NCBI RefSeq assembly: GCF_000283555.1
Contig: NC_016012.1
Coordinates: 1,260,001-1,292,000 of the forward strand
Direction: 5' to 3'
DNA length: 32,000 bases
Origin: Candidatus Arthromitus sp. SFB-rat-Yit
GTDB taxonomy: Bacteria; Bacillota; Clostridia; Clostridiales; Clostridiaceae
Part shown: in pieces, positions 1 to 8,273 of the stretch
How the letters are laid out: the number at the start of each line of letters is the position of its first letter
Numbering within the stretch: the stretch's first letter is position 1
Notes under the pieces: generated by a model
Told to the model about the DNA's origin: nothing
Database searches by the model: none
The model's input: only the letters and a program-made list of their open reading frames with translations
Made by a program: the position numbers and the translations under genes

Positions 1-192
1 CTCTGGTAACATTTTATCAAGAGATTCACCTTTTTTATATCTCTTCTTAAATTCATCAGTCTTACCCTTTAACTCATCATCTGATAAATTTTGTACCGTT
101 GCCTCTAAAGAATTAATTTTTTTTATTATCTTATTTATTTGTTTTAACTCTTTATCGCTATATGTTCCAAATATTTTTGTTAATAATCCCAT
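1..192 (-). CDS. secA: Preprotein translocase ATPase SecA, first 64 codons only (gene runs off the left edge)
   Basis: ATG at 192 is preceded by a GAGGA SD. My translation is MGLLTKIFGTYSDKELKQINKIIKKINSLEATVQNLSDDELKGKTDEFKKRYKKGESLDKMLPE, which matches the conserved SecA N-terminus. The hpf-secA adjacency is typical of Firmicutes. Confidence 0.85.
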   Translation of the reverse strand, partial: MGLLTKIFGTYSDKELKQINKIIKKINSLEATVQNLSDDELKGKTDEFKKRYKKGESLDKMLPE

Positions 193-300
193 TAATTTTC
201 ATCCTCACACTATACTAACACTTATAATTATATTATCTTAATTTTATATTAAAATTAAACATATAATTTATTTTTTATTCTATATACACTTAATAAATAG

Positions 301-328
301 GTTAAGGTGTTCAAATGAACACCTTAAC
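301..328 (-). terminator. Hairpin immediately after the hpf stop (GTTAAGGTGTTC-AAAT-GAACACCTTAAC), probable hpf terminator
   Basis: Perfect 12-bp inverted repeat 5 nt past the hpf stop. It is followed on the minus strand by TATTTATT, which is only a weak U-tract. Confidence 0.5.
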
Positions 329-333
329 CTATA

Positions 334-867
334 TTAATATTCTGCTTCTATAAGTCCATAATTACCAGACCTTCTTCTATATAACACATTAACATCATTT
401 GTCTCTGCGTTTATAAAAACATAAAAATCATGTCCAATAAGTTCCATTTGAAGTATAGCTTCATCTCTATACATAGGTTTAATTGGAAATTTCTTAACCT
501 TTACAATAACATCATCTTCTAAATCATCATTTTCTATATTGTCAAATAATATATCTAAACTTCTTGCATCCTTATTACTATATTTTTTAACAAGCTTAGT
601 CTTTTGTCTACGAATTTGCTTATATAATTTATCTACAACTAAATCTATAGCAACATACAAATCACTATTTCTTTCCTGAGCTCTTAAATATGTACCATTA
701 AATAAAATACCAACTTCTATTACTTGATCATTCTTCTCAACACTCAAAGTAACTTGAGCTTCTAATTCTCTTGAAAAATAGTTATCTAATTTAGATAACT
801 TTTTATTTATAATGTCTTCTAATGCATGAGTAATCTCTATATTCTTACCATGAGTAACAATTTTCAT
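334..867 (-). CDS. hpf: Ribosome hibernation promoting factor, long form (HPF/YvyD/RaiA family)
   Basis: The ORF track protein reads MKIVTHGKNIEITHALEDIINKKLSKL..., with a C-terminal dimerisation-type domain (KFPIKPMYRDEAILQMELIGHDFYVF). I use the ATG at 867, which has a GAGG just upstream, rather than the track's alternative start at 876. Confidence 0.9.
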   Translation of the reverse strand: MKIVTHGKNIEITHALEDIINKKLSKLDNYFSRELEAQVTLSVEKNDQVIEVGILFNGTYLRAQERNSDLYVAIDLVVDKLYKQIRRQKTKLVKKYSNKDARSLDILFDNIENDDLEDDVIVKVKKFPIKPMYRDEAILQMELIGHDFYVFINAETNDVNVLYRRRSGNYGLIEAEY

Positions 868-895
868 TAACCTCAAGCCCCTTATTAATTAAACT

Positions 896-1100
896 AAAGC
901 TAGTTGACCTGGTCTTTTACCCCACACTCGCCTGCTGGAGATTTCGCTAATAAAAATTAATTCCTCACTACTAACCCTCTCATACCTAAATGGCAGGTCT
1001 TACTTCTAAGCCGCACCATGATAATTAAAAATCTATTTTTAATTTACGTGGATCGTTTCGCCTGCGACTGGCATCGATTTTCAACCACAAACCTAGCTTC
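896..1100 (-). ncRNA. raiA-motif-like structured RNA in the comFC-hpf spacer
   Basis: ORF-free segment that is clearly G+C-richer than its flanks. The ends GAAGCTAG (1100-1093) and CTAGCTTT (903-896) pair, and there are several internal helices. The position between comFC and hpf(raiA) and the roughly 200-nt size match my recollection of the raiA motif class. No covariance model was run. Confidence 0.6.
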
Positions 1101-1106
1101 AATACT

Positions 1107-1136
1107 ATTTTAAATTAAAGTTTTCGCAATTGTCAA
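1107..1136 (-). promoter_or_regulatory. Sigma-A-type promoter for the structured RNA/hpf transcript
   Basis: On the minus strand: TTGACA (1136-1131), an 18-nt spacer, then TAAAAT (1112-1107). The -10 contains the comFC stop codon. The predicted start falls near G1100, the first base of the RNA's closing helix. Confidence 0.5.
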
Positions 1137-1769
1137 TACACTTAAATCCGTTTCAAATACACTTTTTTTAATAATTCTACAAACCTCATTTAAAGTATTG
1201 TAAGTTGTTGCTACATCATCTATAATCAGAACTTTTTTACCATTAAATTTGTTTAAATCTACACCCTTATTTATAAAAAACTTATCTTTTATATTAACAG
1301 ATCTTCCATATATATCCAATTTCTTTTGATCACACTTTTTACCATTGCAATATAAAAGCTTTACATAAGGAATATTCAAACTTTCACTAAGTTTTTTAAC
1401 TAAATAATAACTTTGATCAAACCCCTCTTTTTTAATCTTATTTTTATCCCTAGGAACATACGTTAAATAATCTATCTTGATATCTAACTTTTTAATATAA
1501 AAATTTAAAATACTACTTAAATACTCACCAGATCTAAAATCTTTATATATTTTAAAATTATATATTATATTTTTTATAGTCCCGAAATAATAACACGCAT
1601 TATATGCCTTAAAATCTTTAAATTCAAATTTATTTAAATCTTCATTAAATTTAATATCCCGCATACATTCATGACAAATAAAATTATCACCTATCTTTTC
1701 ATAACAACTAACACATAAATTTAAGCTAGGATAAATTAAATCTAATATTTTTTCACTCCACTTTCCCAA
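1110..1769 (-). CDS. comFC: Competence protein ComFC (ComF-family phosphoribosyltransferase-like protein)
   Basis: N-terminal double CxxC zinc ribbon (CVSC...CHEC) and a C-terminal PRTase motif, VLIIDDVATTYNTL. Only a TTG start at 1769 is available, so the start is uncertain. It overlaps the upstream gene by 28 nt. Confidence 0.85.
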   Translation of the reverse strand: MGKWSEKILDLIYPSLNLCVSCYEKIGDNFICHECMRDIKFNEDLNKFEFKDFKAYNACYYFGTIKNIIYNFKIYKDFRSGEYLSSILNFYIKKLDIKIDYLTYVPRDKNKIKKEGFDQSYYLVKKLSESLNIPYVKLLYCNGKKCDQKKLDIYGRSVNIKDKFFINKGVDLNKFNGKKVLIIDDVATTYNTLNEVCRIIKKSVFETDLSVLTIAKTLI

Positions 1770-2635
1770 AGCTTTTTGTTATAACTCCTTGAAATTACTT
1801 TTGCCATAATTATTTCTATATTTTCATAATTAGATACAAAAATTATCTCATTTTTACAATCTGTTAAAAATTTACACATACCGCATATGCTAAGCAAGCT
1901 TTTATAATTAAACTTATTACTTGATGCAAAAAACACAAGTATATTAAAATTATTATACATAGGATTATCAATTATAAAATTATATAACTTGGGCAATTGA
2001 TCACTTGTTGTCAAATATACATAATGTTCATCTCTTACATAATTTGCAAAATCATTAAAAGAATTAAATTCAGTATACATGTATATCTTTTTAAGCTTAG
2101 GAAAAAGCAAACTATACTTCCTCATATACTTACTCACATTAATACAGGATTCACCATCTTTAGCAATAAGTATAACTCTTGTTTTATTTAACATAAACCA
2201 TTTTAAAAATTCAAATACAACATGAGGCATATCTTCATTTAAATTTATTTTAGTTTGTATACTGCGTGGCTCCTTAAATAAATTCAAGTCCTCATTCATT
2301 TCATACAATACTTTATCCTTAACAATTTTTTTCATACTTATTATAATCTTTTTACCTACATCTGCATTATCAACATAATCTTTTATAGAATAATCATCAA
2401 AAGAAGATATTCCAGTCACATCATCTATAATCAATAAATCAAATTTATTAGCCTTATCTATATTTGATAATACTCCTGAAAAACTTATAGAATTTATATC
2501 AACTTTTTTATTCAATAAAAATTTCTTCACACATTCCTCATTATGAGTTATATAAAGTATTTTTTTCTTGATGGTTAAAAGATTATTTATTAATAAAATT
2601 ATACTTGATAAATCATAAAATGGATGGGATACCAA
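1742..2635 (-). CDS. ComFA-like helicase-fold protein, short and lacking ATPase motifs
   Basis: Sits directly upstream of and overlapping comFC, which is the comFA position. TTG start with a GGGGAGGG SD. Segments resemble helicase motifs but are substituted: ILYITHNEEC where Walker A is expected, DLLIIDDVTG for DExD, and SICGMCKF for QIAGRVGR. The alignment was done from memory only. Confidence 0.55.
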   Translation of the reverse strand: MVSHPFYDLSSIILLINNLLTIKKKILYITHNEECVKKFLLNKKVDINSISFSGVLSNIDKANKFDLLIIDDVTGISSFDDYSIKDYVDNADVGKKIIISMKKIVKDKVLYEMNEDLNLFKEPRSIQTKINLNEDMPHVVFEFLKWFMLNKTRVILIAKDGESCINVSKYMRKYSLLFPKLKKIYMYTEFNSFNDFANYVRDEHYVYLTTSDQLPKLYNFIIDNPMYNNFNILVFFASSNKFNYKSLLSICGMCKFLTDCKNEIIFVSNYENIEIIMAKVISRSYNKKLWESGVKKY

Positions 2636-2732
2636 ATTTAATATTCCCTCCCCAGGTGTAGAAAACCATTTAGTTAAACTATAAAAATTGTAGTTTATAT
2701 TATTTTTCTTAATATACGTTAAAATTTTAAAC

Positions 2733-4967
2733 TCACCACCGATTTTTATCTATTAAATTAATCACTTCATTAAATAAGTATTTTAAGGATGAAGATCTGT
2801 TAATTTTCGAAGTATTTTTTATCATATATGTTAAATAATTTATATCCCCAACTAAAACAACATACTTTTTAGCTCTAGTAACTGCTGTATATAATATATT
2901 CCTATTCATCAGCATACTCGAAAATTTAAATATAGGCAATATTATGATTGGAAATTCACTTCCTTGACTTTTATGTACGGTAATTGCATAGGCATGTTCA
3001 ATTTCACCTAATAAATTTTTTGTATATTTAAACACCTTATTATCATCATATATAACACTCAATTCTTTTTCATTAACATTTATAATATACCCAATATCTC
3101 CATTAAACACTCCTGTTACTTGCTCTTCATCATACAAATTATATCCTCTAAGTTCATAATTATTTTTAATCTGCATAACCTTATCCCCAACTCTGTAAAA
3201 TTTACCACCATAAATTAGTTCATCCTTATTATTATATTTAGGATTTATATTTTCTTGAATTATAGTATTTAAATTTTTAACTCCTAAAACTCCTCCCCTT
3301 ATTGGAGATAAAATCTGTATATCCTTTAATTTATCAATTTTATATTGAAAAAATTTAGGTATCCTAAAGGATACTAAATCTATTAATTTTTTACATATAC
3401 TATCTTCATTATTATCATTTATAATATAAAAATCACTCTCTTTTTGGTTTAATATGAGTTCCTCTCCACTGTTGATCTTATGGGCATTTAAGACTATAAA
3501 GCTATTTTCTTTTTGCCTATATATTTTATTTAAATATGAAACTGGGAATATACCGCTATTTATTATATCTCTTAAAAAATTTCCAGGTCCAATTGATGGA
3601 AGCTGATCAACATCCCCAACTATTACTATTTTTGTTCCTATTTTTAATGCTTCAAATAATTTACTTGCAATTAAAACATCAATCATAGATGCTTCATCTA
3701 TTATTATAGCATCACAATTTATTTTATTATTTTCATTCTTACCTACATATTCAAAATCTTCATTATCACTGTTTGAAATTTCAAGCACTCTATGTATAGT
3801 TTTAGCCTCAAATCCCGTAGTTTCCATCATTCTTTTTGCAGCTCTCCCAGTTGGAGCAACCATTATTGGATTAAATTTATGATTAACAAGTGTATTTAAA
3901 ATGAATTTTATTATAGTTGTTTTTCCTGTTCCAGGACCACCCGTTATTATATGTACACTATTTTTTATACCTCCGACTAATGCATCAACCTGATCCTTTG
4001 AAAATTCAAAATTATTTTTCTTCTGAAATTCAGAAATTTCTTTATAAATATCAATATTAAACCTATCTTTATATCCTATATACAACCTAACTAAATTTGA
4101 ACATATTTCATATTCTGCCATATATATATTTGTAAGAAAAACACATTTTAAATTTTCATTATCATAGTTAAATTCTTTCTCTACAACAACACCGCTTGAT
4201 AAAATATCATTATAAACCTCTATTATCTTCTCCTCATTAATACATAAAAGTTCCTTACTTCTTTCAATCATATCACTATATAATATGAACGTATTTCCAG
4301 ACTTTAAATTATCTTTGAGAACATAAAATATACCACTCTTAATTCTGTTTAAATTATCATCTGATATATTTAATTTCTTCCCTATTAAATCTACTTTTTT
4401 AAAACCAAAACCATTTATCTTTCCTATAAGCGTATATGGATCTTCTCGAATAATATTTAAAGATTCATAACCAAATAAACTATAAATTTTATTTGCGTTA
4501 CTTAAAGAAAACCCGATATCCATAATCTCTAAAATAATTTTCCTATCATCTCTATCCTTGTTTAAAGCACTCTTTATCTCTAAAAATTTCTTATCCCCAA
4601 TTCCATCAACTTCTTTTAATCTTTCAGTGTAATTATTTATTATATCTAAGGTTTGATCACCAAATTTTTCAACTATTTTTTTAGCCGTTTTACGACCTAT
4701 ACCAACAAACAAAGAAGATGATAAATAACCCTCTATATCATTTCTACTATTTAAAATCTTCTTCTCAAGAGAAAAAATTTTAAATCTCTCGCCATATTTA
4801 TTATTAATTTCAAAATTTCCAATAATCTCTATATAATCATTTCGATCTATATCGCTATCATTATACACACATACAATTTCTTTACCATCATCATCTACAA
4901 GCCTAAATATAGAAAACTTAATAGAAGTATAAATAATATTTTTAATGGTACCTATTAACTTTTTCAT
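2733..4967 (-). CDS. recD2: ATP-dependent RecD-like DNA helicase (RecD2/YrrC, SF1B)
   Basis: 744 aa. Walker A ITGGPGTGKTT, Walker B/motif II IIIDEASMID, VGDVDQLPSIGPG, and C-terminal YAITVHKSQGSEF...LYTAVTRAK. Confidence 0.9.
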   Translation of the reverse strand: MKKLIGTIKNIIYTSIKFSIFRLVDDDGKEIVCVYNDSDIDRNDYIEIIGNFEINNKYGERFKIFSLEKKILNSRNDIEGYLSSSLFVGIGRKTAKKIVEKFGDQTLDIINNYTERLKEVDGIGDKKFLEIKSALNKDRDDRKIILEIMDIGFSLSNANKIYSLFGYESLNIIREDPYTLIGKINGFGFKKVDLIGKKLNISDDNLNRIKSGIFYVLKDNLKSGNTFILYSDMIERSKELLCINEEKIIEVYNDILSSGVVVEKEFNYDNENLKCVFLTNIYMAEYEICSNLVRLYIGYKDRFNIDIYKEISEFQKKNNFEFSKDQVDALVGGIKNSVHIITGGPGTGKTTIIKFILNTLVNHKFNPIMVAPTGRAAKRMMETTGFEAKTIHRVLEISNSDNEDFEYVGKNENNKINCDAIIIDEASMIDVLIASKLFEALKIGTKIVIVGDVDQLPSIGPGNFLRDIINSGIFPVSYLNKIYRQKENSFIVLNAHKINSGEELILNQKESDFYIINDNNEDSICKKLIDLVSFRIPKFFQYKIDKLKDIQILSPIRGGVLGVKNLNTIIQENINPKYNNKDELIYGGKFYRVGDKVMQIKNNYELRGYNLYDEEQVTGVFNGDIGYIINVNEKELSVIYDDNKVFKYTKNLLGEIEHAYAITVHKSQGSEFPIIILPIFKFSSMLMNRNILYTAVTRAKKYVVLVGDINYLTYMIKNTSKINRSSSLKYLFNEVINLIDKNRW

Positions 4968-5033
4968 TCATCCCCTCATAAATAAACCTAAAAAATATAA
5001 TCTATTATATCATAAATAGATTAATCATTTAAT

Positions 5034-5063
5034 TTGACACATATGCTCTAATGAAATTAAAAT
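5034..5063 (+). promoter_or_regulatory. Candidate sigma-A promoter for nagA
   Basis: TTGACA (5034-5039), an 18-nt spacer, then TAAAAT (5058-5063), about 22 nt upstream of the nagA start. Confidence 0.4.
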
Positions 5064-5085
5064 ATATAAAAAGGAGTTGAGATAA

Positions 5086-6231
5086 TTGTTAATAAAAAAC
5101 GTTAAATTAATATTCACTGATTCAATCGTTCCTGGAAGTGTAGTCATACAAAATGGTAAAATATATAAAATATTTTTAAATCATAACCCAAGATATGAAG
5201 GGGAAATTTTAGATGGAGAAGGATTATACCTATCTCCAGGATTTATAGACATTCATATTCATGGTGCAAGTAACTACGATACAATGGATGCTTCTTACGA
5301 AGGAATTTTAGAAATATCAAGCACATTATTAAAGCACGGTGTAACATCTTTTCTTCCAACTACTATGACATGCTCAAAAGAAGATATAAGAAATGCTCTA
5401 TCAAACATATCTCAAATAATTAAAGATAATTCTTCACCCAATAACATACTAGGTGTGCATTTAGAAGGACCATTTATTAACAAAAATAAGATAGGTGCTC
5501 AAAATCCAGAATTCATATTAGAACCATCTATAAATAACTTCAAAGAAATAGTTGGAGATTTTGAAGAAATTATAAAAATAGTAACATTAGCACCTGAAGT
5601 TACGGGTTCACTAGATTTAATTAAATATTTAAATGATAAAAAAATAGTTGCCTCAGTTGGACATACTAATGCAACATATGAAGAAACTTTATCTAGTATT
5701 AAAAATGGTATATCTCACGCAACTCATCTATTTAATGCAATGACCCAATTTACACATAGAGATCCTGGAGCTGTGGGGGCAATTTTAAATTCAAACATTA
5801 CAGCTGAATGTATTTTAGATGGAATCCATCTTCATTATGCTTCATTAGAAATGGCTCTAAAAATCAAATCAAGCAATAAAATAATATTAATATCAGATTC
5901 TATGAGAGCATGCTGCATGAAAGATGGAAACTACACATTAGGTGGACAAAATGTTATTGTCAAAAATTCAAGTGCACGCCTTGAAAATGGCAATCTTGCT
6001 GGATCAGTGCTAACACTTGACAAAGCCATATATAACGTTAAAAATAATTTAAATATTCCTCTTAATGATATAATAAAACTTGTTACCATAAACCCATCAA
6101 AAATATGTAAAACTCATTTAAGAAAAGGTCTTATAAAAGAAGGATACGATGCCGATTTAGTATTATTTGATGAAGATATAAATATAAAATATGTATTTGT
6201 TAATGGAAATAAAAAAGAAGGTATTATCTAA
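5086..6231 (+). CDS. nagA: N-acetylglucosamine-6-phosphate deacetylase
   Basis: 381 aa. Amidohydrolase metal motifs [24 protein letters not shown] and [10 protein letters not shown] start with an AGGAG SD. Confidence 0.9.
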   Translation: MLIKNVKLIFTDSIVPGSVVIQNGKIYKIFLNHNPRYEGEILDGEGLYLSPGFIDIHIHGASNYDTMDASYEGILEISSTLLKHGVTSFLPTTMTCSKEDIRNALSNISQIIKDNSSPNNILGVHLEGPFINKNKIGAQNPEFILEPSINNFKEIVGDFEEIIKIVTLAPEVTGSLDLIKYLNDKKIVASVGHTNATYEETLSSIKNGISHATHLFNAMTQFTHRDPGAVGAILNSNITAECILDGIHLHYASLEMALKIKSSNKIILISDSMRACCMKDGNYTLGGQNVIVKNSSARLENGNLAGSVLTLDKAIYNVKNNLNIPLNDIIKLVTINPSKICKTHLRKGLIKEGYDADLVLFDEDINIKYVFVNGNKKEGII

Positions 6232-6250
6232 ATACTAATACCTTCTTTTT
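6212..6250. terminator. Bidirectional intrinsic terminator formed by the 3' codons of the convergent nagA and metK genes
   Basis: AAAAAGAAGGTATTA (6212-6226), a 9-nt loop, then TAATACCTTCTTTTT (6236-6250). This is a perfect 15-bp inverted repeat including the A5/T5 flanks. Both stop codons (TAA 6229-6231 and TAG on the minus strand at 6228-6230) lie in the loop. Confidence 0.55.
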
Positions 6251-7424
6251 GTAATATATCTTTTATCTCTTTAACCTTACTTAATTCTTCCCAAGGAACA
6301 TTCAAATCATTTCTTCCAAAATGTCCATAAGCAGCAACCTGTCTATATATTGGTTTTCTCAAACCAAGAACTTTTATTAACCCTCCTGGGCTCAAATCAA
6401 AAACCTTATCTATAATATAATATATAATACTCTTATCTATTTTTTCACTTCCAAATGTTTCAATAAATGTAGATACAGGACTAGCCACACCTATTGCATA
6501 TGCTAGTTGAATCTCAACCTTATCACACACTCCTGATGCCACAAGGTTCTTAGCAACCCATCTTGCACCATATGCAGCAGTTCTATCAACTTTTGTTGGA
6601 TCTTTTCCAGAAAAAGCACCTCCACCATGCCTAGAAAAACCACCATATGTATCGACAATTATTTTCCTTCCAGTAAGACCACTATCTCCATGAGGTCCTC
6701 CTATAACAAAACGTCCAGTTGGATTTATTAAATATTTAGTATTTTTATCTAATAATTCATTTGGAATAATATACTCTATAACATTTTTTATCAAATCCTG
6801 TTTTATCTTATCTTGAGATACATCTTCACTATGCTGAGTTGATATCAATACAGTATCTACTCTAGACGGCTTATCCCCATCATACTCAACCGTAACTTGA
6901 GTTTTTCCATCAGGTCTTAAATAATCTAAAACATTCTTTTTTCTAACTTCCGATAATCTCTTTGCCAATTTATGTGCTAACACTATTGGAAGTGGCATAA
7001 ATTCTTCTGTTTCATTACATGCATATCCAAACATTATGCCCTGATCTCCCGCACCTATAAATTTATTTTCATCAAGTACATCGTTTTTCTTTTCAAATGA
7101 TTCATCAACACCAATCGCTATGTCTGATGATTGTCCATGTATAAAATTAGCTATCGCACAAGTATCAGAATCAAATCCATACTCTGCTTTATTGTATCCA
7201 ATATCATTTATTATTTTTCTAACTATCTCTTGGATATCTATATAACAATTAGTTGTAATTTCCCCCATAACATTTACAATTCCAGTTGTAACAGCAGTTT
7301 CACATGCTACCCTAGCCAAAGGATCCTTAGCTAATATAGAGTCCAATATTCCATCTGAAATTTGATCACACATCTTGTCTGGATGACCTTCTGTAACAGA
7401 TTCTGAAGTAAATAATTTTTTCAT
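6228..7424 (-). CDS. metK: S-adenosylmethionine synthetase
   Basis: 398 aa. [53 protein letters not shown] is AGGATGG. Confidence 0.95.
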   Translation of the reverse strand: MKKLFTSESVTEGHPDKMCDQISDGILDSILAKDPLARVACETAVTTGIVNVMGEITTNCYIDIQEIVRKIINDIGYNKAEYGFDSDTCAIANFIHGQSSDIAIGVDESFEKKNDVLDENKFIGAGDQGIMFGYACNETEEFMPLPIVLAHKLAKRLSEVRKKNVLDYLRPDGKTQVTVEYDGDKPSRVDTVLISTQHSEDVSQDKIKQDLIKNVIEYIIPNELLDKNTKYLINPTGRFVIGGPHGDSGLTGRKIIVDTYGGFSRHGGGAFSGKDPTKVDRTAAYGARWVAKNLVASGVCDKVEIQLAYAIGVASPVSTFIETFGSEKIDKSIIYYIIDKVFDLSPGGLIKVLGLRKPIYRQVAAYGHFGRNDLNVPWEELSKVKEIKDILQKEGISI

Positions 7425-7454
7425 ATACTTACCATCCTAAACTATAAAATTTAT

Positions 7455-7492
7455 ACAAAAAATAAAAATAATCCCTCTTTCATAAAGAAGGA
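7455..7492 (-). terminator. Intrinsic terminator of the tRNA operon
   Basis: On the minus strand: TCCTTCTTT-ATG-AAAGAGGGA, 9 bp with one G:U pair, followed by TTATTTTTATTTTTT. It starts 8 nt after the last tRNA. Confidence 0.6.
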
Positions 7493-7500
7493 CTATTTTA

Positions 7501-7576
7501 TGGAGCTGGCAATAGGACTTGAACCCACAACCTGCTGATTACAAGTCAGCTGCTCTACCAATTGAGCTATGCCAGC
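7501..7576 (-). tRNA. tRNA-Thr (anticodon UGU), CCA encoded
   Basis: Reverse complement is GCTGGCATAGCTCAATTGGTAGAGCAGCTGACTTGTAATCAGCAGGTTGTGGGTTCAAGTCCTATTGCCAGCTCCA. It folds as a cloverleaf with anticodon loop CTTGTAA. Confidence 0.9.
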
Positions 7577-7581
7577 AAAAA

Positions 7582-7657
7582 TGGTGGGCACAACAGGGAT
7601 TGAACCTGTGACCTCCTGCTTGTAAGGCAGATGCTCTCCCAGCTGAGCTATGCGCCC
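7582..7657 (-). tRNA. tRNA-Val (anticodon UAC), CCA encoded
   Basis: Reverse complement is GGGCGCATAGCTCAGCTGGGAGAGCATCTGCCTTACAAGCAGGAGGTCACAGGTTCAATCCCTGTTGTGCCCACCA, with anticodon loop CTTACAA. Confidence 0.9.
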
Positions 7658-7661
7658 CTAA

Positions 7662-7747
7662 TGGTGGAGGAAGCTGGATTCGAACCAGCGAAGTCGAAAG
7701 ACAACAGATTTACAGTCTGCCCCCTTTGGCCACTCGGGAATTCCTCC
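7662..7747 (-). tRNA. tRNA-Tyr (anticodon GUA), long variable arm, CCA encoded
   Basis: Reverse complement is GGAGGAATTCCCGAGTGGCCAAAGGGGGCAGACTGTAAATCTGTTGTCTTTCGACTTCGCTGGTTCGAATCCAGCTTCCTCCACCA, with anticodon loop CTGTAAA. Confidence 0.9.
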
Positions 7748-7754
7748 GTGTTAC

Positions 7755-7830
7755 TGGAGCTGGCAATAGGACTTGAACCCACAACCTGCTGATTACAAGT
7801 CAGCTGCTCTACCAATTGAGCTATGCCAGC
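7755..7830 (-). tRNA. tRNA-Thr (anticodon UGU), second copy identical to 7501-7576
   Basis: By direct comparison this is the same 76-nt sequence as the first Thr gene. Confidence 0.9.
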
Positions 7831-7849
7831 AACATCCATCAACAACATC

Positions 7850-7878
7850 ATTATATTACATATAAGTTTATTTTGCAA
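7850..7878 (-). promoter_or_regulatory. Sigma-A promoter of the tRNA operon
   Basis: On the minus strand: TTGCAA (7878-7873), a 17-nt spacer, then TATAAT (7855-7850), about 20 nt upstream of the first tRNA. Confidence 0.55.
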
Positions 7879-7969
7879 TAATAATCTTATATATTTTAAG
7901 GTTATTATTTTGTTTTTTTAAAATGTTTTATTATATTTTCTTTAATTTACTTTAAATTTCTACTAATTA

Positions 7970-8224
7970 TTAATTTTCTCCGCTACTATATTTCATTTTA
8001 GTAGCATTTCCTCCACGTATATGTCTTTCAGCCTTATTTAAATCTAATATATACTTAGCTTCTTTAGCTATTAAAGGATTAATCTTAGGTAATCGTTCAG
8101 TCATATCTTTATGTATAGTACTTTTGCTAACTCCAAAGGCCCTAGCTGTCTTTCTTATAGTAGATTTAGAATCTATTATATATTTCGCAACACCTAAAAC
8201 CCTTTCTTCTATATAATCTTTCAT
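7970..8224 (-). CDS. spoIIID: Stage III sporulation protein D (mother-cell transcription regulator)
   Basis: 84 aa. MKDYIEERVLGVAKYIIDSKSTIRKTARAFGVSKSTIHKDMTERL is the characteristic SpoIIID HTH region. The gene follows spoIIQ, as in clostridial genomes. Confidence 0.9.
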   Translation of the reverse strand: MKDYIEERVLGVAKYIIDSKSTIRKTARAFGVSKSTIHKDMTERLPKINPLIAKEAKYILDLNKAERHIRGGNATKMKYSSGEN

Positions 8225-8244
8225 GCCATATCTTCCTTATTTGT

Positions 8245-8273
8245 AGTTATACAGTCAAAACGACTGAATAACT
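8245..8273 (-). terminator. Hairpin between spoIIQ and spoIIID (possible weak terminator or insulator)
   Basis: 12-bp inverted repeat (AGTTATACAGTC / GACTGAATAACT) with one central mismatch and a 5-nt loop. It overlaps the spoIIQ stop codon. No U-tract follows on the minus strand. Confidence 0.3.

Noticed and set aside
5000-5021. The palindrome ATCTATT-N8-AATAGAT just upstream of the nagA promoter, considered as a possible NagR/GntR operator.
   Set aside because: It bears no resemblance to the dre/NagR operator sequence I remember. Seven-bp A/T-only palindromes are expected by chance at this base composition.
7425-7500. I looked for a SAM-I (S-box) riboswitch upstream of metK.
   Set aside because: Only 76 nt are available, and they are occupied by the tRNA-operon terminator. 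None of the conserved S-box helices can be placed. The absence itself is reported as a finding.
7648-7878. A 76-aa minus-strand ORF in the track.
   Set aside because: It is made of the tRNA-Val, tRNA-Tyr and tRNA-Thr genes read as codons, so it is not a coding region.
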